From the IMG/VR virus record IMGVR_UViG_3300045838_000006, positions 1 through 60,072 of that record: a stretch of 60,072 bases of DNA, one strand, 5' to 3'. The notes under the pieces are model-generated. The model saw only the letters and a program-made list of their open reading frames with translations. It was not told where the DNA came from and made no database searches. Numbering within the stretch: position 1 is the first letter of the stretch; every line of letters starts with the position of its first letter. This document shows positions 54,502 through 60,072 of the stretch, one piece after another. The translations under genes and the position numbers were made by a program. This stretch comes from a virus (lineage: Duplodnaviria; Caudoviricetes).

Positions 54502-55387
54502 TCACTCCTGTAGAGATACCGGATTCGATCTCCAGTTCACCGGGGACGAGCCACGCGCTCCAATCTTCTTCCTCACCGTCAAACTCGGCGAGCGCATGAG
54601 CCAAGTTCAATTCCGAGCCGACAAGCGTACCTGGCTCATAGCTGCGGATATGTCGGCGCGCGGCTTCGATGACCTTGATCGCGCGCTCCCAAAGCGCGTC
54701 GCGAGCGGCTTCTCTATCCACAGCCCCCTTCTCGTGAACTCCGGGCTCGGGGTCGAACACCGATGCGCCTGCGGCAAAAGCAACGTTAGCGGCGCGAACA
54801 TCCTCTGCGAATGGGGTTTCACTAAAAAGGACGGTTCCTATTCCACGCTCGGAACCGTCAACGGCGCACGCAGTTTCATCCTCGACAGAGAGAGAATGTT
54901 CTGTGGAAGCCTCGACCGCCCCTCCCCCAAGGGGCGGATCACCCGCAGAGGCAGGAGTAGCCTGCGGGGGTTCTGTGAGATCTTCGTATTCCACATCGGT
55001 GACGGTGGGCTTGGCTTTCGGCGCTTTTGGAGGAGCAAGACGAGCTACATCGGCACGCTCCATGCCTGGGTTGATTTCACCAGCTTTGATCCCCTGCTCG
55101 AATTGCGCATCTTCAAGCCGTGTCAGCTCCCAAAGTGTGTACCAGGACGCCGGCAAAAGCGTCGCATGCGACGCAATTCGTTTGTCTTTGGAAATCGCCA
55201 TAAGACGTTGCGCGGTGCGTTTCTTGAACGGCAACTCGTTCTCGATCATCCGCTCGAAATCGCCATGCGGGATGAGTTTCTTCGCCTCCATCAAGAGACG
55301 GCCGGTTTCCAGAATGCCGTCGATGGACGACTGCCACGCGGCGGCGATCCGGTTCGCCCAAACTTTTGTCCCGAGAGACAGAGCCAT
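54482..55387 (-). CDS. DUF3102-domain protein
   Basis: ILETGRLLMEAK..PHGDF..LPFKKRTAQRLM. Confidence 0.75.
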   Translation of the reverse strand: MALSLGTKVWANRIAAAWQSSIDGILETGRLLMEAKKLIPHGDFERMIENELPFKKRTAQRLMAISKDKRIASHATLLPASWYTLWELTRLEDAQFEQGIKAGEINPGMERADVARLAPPKAPKAKPTVTDVEYEDLTEPPQATPASAGDPPLGGGAVEASTEHSLSVEDETACAVDGSERGIGTVLFSETPFAEDVRAANVAFAAGASVFDPEPGVHEKGAVDREAARDALWERAIKVIEAARRHIRSYEPGTLVGSELNLAHALAEFDGEEEDWSAWLVPGELEIESGISTGVSEHAAQ

Positions 55388-56386
55388 TTATTTTTCTCCC
55401 GTCTTTTTGGGCGCCTTCTCGAACGGTGTCCCAAACACGACAACCGGGCCATCGGTGATGACGATCTTTTCCAGTTTGGCGCCCTTGTAGGCCGCGTTCC
55501 ACGCGGCAGCGGCGGCCTTCGCGGCGTCCGTCTCGCTGTTGCTCTTTTTCGTGTAGATATGACGGAGGTAGGCTTTGCGCGGATCGCCCATCTGCAGCCC
55601 GTCATCTTCCGCGAGACCGCGCCAGAAGATGTCGGCAATGTCCGGCTGGTATTTGACCGTCAGCAGCGCCACGGCCATCGCGCCGCCCGATTTCAGGTGA
55701 CGCTTCACCGGATTGGCCGGAGCCTTGTCGATCATCTCCTGAAAACTCGCGGCAATCGGCCACCATTGTTCGGCGCTGCGCAGCCGATCCTCGTCCGACC
55801 GGGCGAGGTACGGATCGGCGTGGATTGCCACACGGCGGAAACGCGAGTTCAGCACCAAGACGGCTTTGTAAACGCCTCCTGCAATCTCGTTCCGCAGACC
55901 ATGCACCTCCATGACACCCTCAGCCATGAGGGTATCGGTGACAGTGCGGGCGGCAATCAAACGATCGTGCCGGCGGTAAAGCCGGATGAGCTCTTTCTCG
56001 GTCGGAACATTCGTGACGAGAACCTGAAACCGGATCGCCGCATCGGCTTTAACGACCGCGTGCATCCGGTGTTGACCGTTGACAAGGTGGAGTTCGCCGT
56101 CCGGGGTGCGTCCGAAATGGATCTGCGTCCCTTCGGTCCATTCGTGACGGCGCATCTGTTCGGCGAGCGCCAGAATGTGTTTAGCCCGCAACGGACGCTG
56201 CCGATCGAACCGCCCTGTGGCAATGATGCGCTGCGCCAGCTCCGGCGTGACGGTCAACAAGCCGTCAACGATCAGCTCGGCAAGCGGTTTCGCTTGTTTG
56301 GTCGTCAACAGCTTCGGGCGCGCGCCAACATTGGGCGCCGCCCGTACACCGCCAACGTCGCTATTGGCTCCCTTCGCACTCAACAT
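55388..56386 (-). CDS. ParB-like N-terminal domain protein
   Basis: VTPELA..QRPL..LVNGQHRMHAV. Confidence 0.75.
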   Translation of the reverse strand: MLSAKGANSDVGGVRAAPNVGARPKLLTTKQAKPLAELIVDGLLTVTPELAQRIIATGRFDRQRPLRAKHILALAEQMRRHEWTEGTQIHFGRTPDGELHLVNGQHRMHAVVKADAAIRFQVLVTNVPTEKELIRLYRRHDRLIAARTVTDTLMAEGVMEVHGLRNEIAGGVYKAVLVLNSRFRRVAIHADPYLARSDEDRLRSAEQWWPIAASFQEMIDKAPANPVKRHLKSGGAMAVALLTVKYQPDIADIFWRGLAEDDGLQMGDPRKAYLRHIYTKKSNSETDAAKAAAAAWNAAYKGAKLEKIVITDGPVVVFGTPFEKAPKKTGEK

Positions 56387-56630
56387 GATGTGTCCCTCTG
56401 CATTAAAGATGAGAAAGCGCGATGATGATGCCGGCCATGACAGCCCAGCTCGCCACGCTCAGCGCGAAGATGACCGGAATGCACACGGCTAGAGGTAGAG
56501 GCTGAGAGCGAGGCATCGAGACGCGAGGCATGGCTAAGGTGCTCCCGGTTAACGTTAGCTGTTACAATTCGCGCCTAACCTGGAATTGTTGTTCTTGCTT
56601 AACCAAACAGGGGGTTTGTAGGCTCAAAAG

Positions 56631-56849
56631 ATGAGAAAGACCGTCATCCGTCCCGCTCGAAACACTAAGGCGCTGAAACGCGTCTTTGATCGGCCACCCG
56701 AGACGCCAGATGGCGGCGCGATGGCTCTGTTTCGGCTGCTCTATCCGATGGGGCCGCGCGAGCGGGAAGAGGCCCTCGATTTTTTCTGCGAGTGCCTCAT
56801 GGCCGCCCGAGGCCAGCGGGACCGCAAGAAGGCACCGAAAATCCATTAG
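56631..56849 (+). CDS. Hypothetical protein
   Basis: Convergent with cro; follows an AT-rich promoter-like region. Confidence 0.45.
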   Translation: MRKTVIRPARNTKALKRVFDRPPETPDGGAMALFRLLYPMGPREREEALDFFCECLMAARGQRDRKKAPKIH

Positions 56850-57028
56850 GAGCATGCCGTCTGCTTTTCAAAAGCATCATCGGTCAACGAAATGCCGCGC
56901 TCGGCGGCCTTGCGCAGCAAGGGCAGGCGCCATTTGTGCGGCACGCCACGCTGGCGCCATTTCTTTCGCGCAACAGCGGAAACGCCCAGCTCCTCCGCCA
57001 ACCTATCGATGAGGGCATCCTTGTCCAT
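56846..57028 (-). CDS. cro: Cro-like repressor
   Basis: LAEELGVSAVARKKWRQRGVPHKWR; divergent from cI. Confidence 0.75.
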   Translation of the reverse strand: MDKDALIDRLAEELGVSAVARKKWRQRGVPHKWRLPLLRKAAERGISLTDDAFEKQTACS

Positions 57029-57036
57029 CGCCGCTA

Positions 57037-57065
57037 TTTATAGGGACAGATCGTCCCCTCGTCAA
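57037..57065 (-). promoter_or_regulatory. Leftward sigma70 promoter with embedded operator
   Basis: TTGACG-17 bp-TATAAA on the minus strand; imperfect palindrome GGGACAGATCGTCCC (57043-57057) between the boxes. Confidence 0.8.
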
Positions 57066-57116
57066 GCGCCATATCGGGACGTGCCGCCCAAACCTGGATT
57101 TGTCATGCTTCTTCGT

Positions 57117-57356
57117 ATGGACGAAGCCGAGACGAACCTTGCGCGCGGGTATATCAACCGCATCGCCGAACTCAGAAAGGCGAGGGGGCTAACCCAAGCC
57201 GAAATGGCGCAGCATCTCGGAATCTCGCTCGACCGATATAAAAAATATGAACGTCGGTCCCTGCTGCCGCCCTATCTTCTGCCGCGATTTGCCGCCATCG
57301 TCGATCGCCCGATCGACTACATCATCACCGGCCGCAAACCTCGCTCCCGCTCCTAA
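57117..57356 (+). CDS. CI-like XRE-family repressor (HTH only)
   Basis: RIAELRKARGLTQAEMAQHLGIS..YKKYE..IDYIITG. Confidence 0.85.
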   Translation: MDEAETNLARGYINRIAELRKARGLTQAEMAQHLGISLDRYKKYERRSLLPPYLLPRFAAIVDRPIDYIITGRKPRSRS

Positions 57357-57405
57357 CCTGTTATAAACCAAGAATAATCAAAGGCGACGAATTTTCCCCC
57401 TGAGA

Positions 57406-57449
57406 GGGGACATTTTGTCCTTGACGGGGACAAATCGGCCCTTTAGTAT
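57406..57449 (+). promoter_or_regulatory. Rightward sigma70 promoter with two operators
   Basis: TTGACG(57421)-17 bp-TAGTAT; operators GGGGACATTTTGTCC and GGGGACAAATCGGCCC. Confidence 0.8.
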
Positions 57450-57481
57450 GTGTCCCGGAACAAGGTTCAGGGGTGCCGACC

Positions 57482-57694
57482 ATGGCTCTCAAATACGCAG
57501 CCGAATACGACAAAGAGGCTCGGGCCTGGAACGTCGTTGACACGCTGACCGGCGACATCGTGCGGATGTGCGGCGGCGGGAAGCGCGGCGAGGAACAGGC
57601 CAAGCGCTCCGCCGACAATCACAATCAGGCGTGGCTCGTCGGCGGGATCGCCGAATACGACGAGCGCAAGCGGCTGGAGCGGGAGAACTCCTAA
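57482..57694 (+). CDS. Hypothetical protein
   Basis: First ORF after the rightward promoter. Confidence 0.7.
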   Translation: MALKYAAEYDKEARAWNVVDTLTGDIVRMCGGGKRGEEQAKRSADNHNQAWLVGGIAEYDERKRLERENS

Positions 57695-57797
57695 TGCCCG
57701 TCCGTCTTGATCCGCCCCACCGCTTTATTTCTTGCGCGGCATCGGTGTTCGACGCGTCACCAAGATTGTCACACAACCCGGCTGTGGAGAGGTAGTC

Positions 57798-58106
57798 GTG
57801 GCAACCGACAACGACCTCTTGAACATCGCCGAGAAACTGCGGCGCGAGGCGGCCGTGACAGAAGAGCTGCATCCCGACGATAGCGAAATCGAGGTCATGC
57901 GTGAAGCCGCCGACGTGATCGAAACGCTATGGGACGAACGGGCCACGCTGCGCCGCCGCATCGACGATCTGAAACAGGCGATTGCTCAATTCCACAATCA
58001 CGATGTCCCGATGGCCTTCGATGCTGTCGCGGAAATCATTGATCGTGAGCGCAAGAAGGTTCGCCGACTGACACGCGAATTGCTCAGCGCAGGAGACCGC
58101 CCATGA
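57798..58106 (+). CDS. Hypothetical protein
   Basis: GAGG RBS and GTG just after a boundary repeat. Confidence 0.7.
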   Translation: MATDNDLLNIAEKLRREAAVTEELHPDDSEIEVMREAADVIETLWDERATLRRRIDDLKQAIAQFHNHDVPMAFDAVAEIIDRERKKVRRLTRELLSAGDRP

Positions 58107-58155
58107 CCGACGACGGAGCCCAGAGTTCACAAGCCCCGTCAGTGGCGACGTTGTA

Positions 58156-58359
58156 ATGGCCGCCGCTCGTAAAATTCAGATTTGGTTTCGGCCAGATCAA
58201 ATTGACTTGCTTCGGTCGGTTCTAACAGCGACGGAGAGCGAGCTACGCGATGGTCGGCTGAATAGCAGGCTCGAACGGAAGATGCTGAACTTCTGTCGGC
58301 GACGGATTGATGAGCTGCTTGCGCTACTGCCGCCAGCGCAAGACGGAGAGGCGCCATGA
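58156..58359 (+). CDS. Hypothetical protein
   Basis: Coupled ORF. Confidence 0.6.
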   Translation: MAAARKIQIWFRPDQIDLLRSVLTATESELRDGRLNSRLERKMLNFCRRRIDELLALLPPAQDGEAP

Positions 58360-58559
58360 CGCTCGCCGACGCCTTCCGCGTTCACCTGTCCGAATTGCTC
58401 ACCAAAGCCAAACAGATCGGCGTCTCTGATGAGGATTGCGAACAGGCCCGGCTCGAATGCGAGGACATGCTGAGCAACCTGTTCTATCGGGTCGAGCGCG
58501 AACAGGAACGCCCCGTCCGTATCGAGCGGACAATCGGCACAGCGCCAAGTGCTTACTAG
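58356..58559 (+). CDS. Hypothetical protein
   Basis: Coupled ORF. Confidence 0.6.
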   Translation: MTLADAFRVHLSELLTKAKQIGVSDEDCEQARLECEDMLSNLFYRVEREQERPVRIERTIGTAPSAY

Positions 58560-58570
58560 GAGACAGAGAA

Positions 58571-59134
58571 ATGGCCGAACTGACACTAGAGGCGCTCGGC
58601 ATTCCTATCGAGGAAATTATCGAGCGCGTTGTCGAGCGGATCGCCGAGAAGGCGATGCAAGATTGGTCTGCAGCAGGCGCTACAGGTCGCCCGCACGTCA
58701 GTTTCGCTCAACTCATTGAGGAGCGCGTGATCGACCGCGCCAACGACGCGATCGACCATATCGCCGCTGAGAACGTGCTGCCGAACATCACCTCCTATGT
58801 CGAGAACCTCTGCTTACAGGAAACAAACAAATGGGGCGAGGCGACTGGCCGCAAGATGACCTTCACCGAATACCTCGTCGAGCGCGCCGAGAAATGGATC
58901 ACTGAGCCCGTTAACTACCAGGGCAAGAGCAAAGGCGAAGATAGCTTTAGCTGGCGCCCCTACGGCACGCGCATCTCGTACCTGATCCATGAACATCTCG
59001 ACAGCCAGATTGGCACCGCGATTAAGGAAGCTCTGAAAGACCTCAATAGCTCAGTCGCCAAGGGCCTTCGCGACGCGGTGATGATCCAAATTCGTGAAGT
59101 GCTCGACCGCCTCAAAGTAGAGGTCAAAGCGTAA
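58571..59134 (+). CDS. Hypothetical phage protein
   Basis: AGGAG RBS; flanked by 20-bp direct repeats. Confidence 0.8.
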   Translation: MAELTLEALGIPIEEIIERVVERIAEKAMQDWSAAGATGRPHVSFAQLIEERVIDRANDAIDHIAAENVLPNITSYVENLCLQETNKWGEATGRKMTFTEYLVERAEKWITEPVNYQGKSKGEDSFSWRPYGTRISYLIHEHLDSQIGTAIKEALKDLNSSVAKGLRDAVMIQIREVLDRLKVEVKA

Positions 59135-59170
59135 TCGGCACAGCGCCGAGTGAGTGGTGAGGGAGAACCG

Positions 59171-59386
59171 ATGAGCTTCAGATTTATCGCCATCATGTTC
59201 GCCAGCGTAGCGCTGTTCGGAGCATCCGTTCTCGCATACTTAGCGCTTGATCTGGCTGGCTTCGGTGCGACGACGTGGAGCCTGTCGCTGTCACAACGCG
59301 TTCCCGGCATTGTGCTTGAGGCGTTTGGGAGCGCCCTGATTTTAGTGATCGGCACATTTTTCACTCTCGAAATTTGGAAATGGTGA
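59171..59386 (+). CDS. Small two-TM membrane protein
   Basis: Two hydrophobic segments. Confidence 0.6.
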   Translation: MSFRFIAIMFASVALFGASVLAYLALDLAGFGATTWSLSLSQRVPGIVLEAFGSALILVIGTFFTLEIWKW

Positions 59387-59389
59387 GCC

Positions 59390-59587
59390 ATGACCCCTGA
59401 CACCGCCGCGCCGGTCAGTCGCGCCGATGCGTTGAAGCGGTTCCGTGACCTGCTGCGGATCGCCTGCCCCGATGCAACCGAGGAACGGTTCGCTGCCGAA
59501 TGCGCCGCTATTGACTACGCGCACGCTGCTACGACCGAAGCGATCGACGGCGTGATGAAGATTGTCACTGAGGCGCGCGGCGAATGA
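59390..59587 (+). CDS. Hypothetical protein
   Basis: ORF within the operon. Confidence 0.6.
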   Translation: MTPDTAAPVSRADALKRFRDLLRIACPDATEERFAAECAAIDYAHAATTEAIDGVMKIVTEARGE

Positions 59588-59709
59588 GAACCCTCGGCGT
59601 CATTCTCGCCGACATGCTCGGCTTGGTGCTGGCGATCACGCTGGCGGTGTTGGTGTGCTTCAACCTTTGGGCCGTGATCGGGTGATGTTGCGACAGCGAA
59701 GGTGATGGG

Positions 59710-59937
59710 ATGAGCCAAACCACGATGACAGTGCGGAAGCTCGGCGATTGGAACGACAAGGAAGCGATGCCGCTGGATAGCTGGCAGTTCGTCGAGATCA
59801 AGCACGGGCACCGCCGCATTGCCGTCGAGATCAGGCGCGGCGACAAACCGGATGACCCTCCCGCGCTCGCTATTCACGGCGATGGGCGCCTCACGATCCG
59901 CCCAACTGCCGCCAACTGGATAGAGATCGAACTATGA
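59710..59937 (+). CDS. Hypothetical protein
   Basis: Coupled to the junction-spanning ORF. Confidence 0.65.
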   Translation: MSQTTMTVRKLGDWNDKEAMPLDSWQFVEIKHGHRRIAVEIRRGDKPDDPPALAIHGDGRLTIRPTAANWIEIEL

Positions 59938-60072
59938 CCCGCCCTCGGATACAGACACCCCTAGACGCGCTCAATCTGCCTCCCCGCACCTTGGAACAGG
60001 TGGCAGAGGAAATGCGCGCCTCCATACAGTTCTTCTCAGGACAACCCACCATCGTTCACACGCTACGCGAAA
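59934..60072 (+). CDS. Hypothetical protein spanning the circular junction (ends at TGA 175-177)
   Basis: ATG 59934 overlaps the previous stop; MTRPRIQTPLDALNL...EARARHA*; its end overlaps the next ATG at 170. Confidence 0.7.
   Translation, partial: MTRPRIQTPLDALNLPPRTLEQVAEEMRASIQFFSGQPTIVHTLRE
59946..60072. repeat. Terminal direct repeat, copy 2
   Basis: Identical to 1-127. Confidence 0.95.

Larger units (their letters stand above)
49833..59152. repeat. Dispersed gene-boundary repeat family, copies in 49.8-59.2 kb
   Basis: Plus-strand copies: 49833, 52742, 53886 (partial), 54717, 58536 (partial), 59137 (partial). Minus-strand copies: 51590-51655, 53391-53459, 54296-54356, 57724-57788, 58108-58147 (partial). 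Confidence 0.85.

Noticed and set aside
54443-56425. 660-aa plus-strand ORF
   Set aside because: It is the antisense shadow of two in-register minus-strand genes that have recognisable domains, and it has no protein-like motifs itself.
56549-56605. CtrA boxes
   Set aside because: Only TTAAC half-sites are present; I saw no TTAA-N7-TTAA.
2469-59152. CRISPR array (conserved boxes about 36 bp apart)
   Set aside because: The copies are dispersed, occur in both orientations, have related interiors, and there are no cas genes.

Overview
This is a complete circular ~59.9-kb temperate phage genome. Positions 1-127 are repeated at 59946-60072, which looks like an assembly overlap. The virion module is P22-like (podovirus-type: TerS/TerL, portal, scaffold, P22-type coat, gp4/gp10-like and ejection proteins). 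The host is probably a GC-rich alphaproteobacterium (inferred from the style of the integrase and IS1595). Layout: rightward early/recombination arm (57.4 kb across the junction to 10.8 kb: YqaJ exonuclease, ERF, integrase, C5-methyltransferase, many small ORFs); an IS1595 element with passenger genes inserted inside a tRNA-Leu(UAA) gene (11.1-13.3 kb); a leftward late operon (48-13.3 kb); a leftward replication arm (57-49.4 kb); and a cro/cI switch with clear operators. The most striking unexplained signal is a family of about 20 dispersed, degenerate ~50-70 bp repeats (GCCAC-N34-38-CACCGA, often followed by TTCGAnAAAA). I saw them only in the two accessory arms. They sit at gene boundaries with consistent polarity (reverse copy at a gene's 5' end, forward copy at its 3' end), bracket single genes as inverted pairs, form long hairpins between neighbouring genes, and often supply the RBS, start codon or C-terminal peptide. 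This suggests a possibly undescribed gene-cassette exchange system. Other oddities: an integrase-N-domain/GIY-YIG fusion, a nested out-of-frame beta-type ORF in the C5-MTase, Cys-rich virion-like proteins with signal peptides (one a GH27-malectin enzyme), a HiPIP-like gene next to the portal, and glycosyltransferases plus a PurD-like ATP-grasp gene in the late operon. All family calls come from motif recognition by eye; no searches were run.
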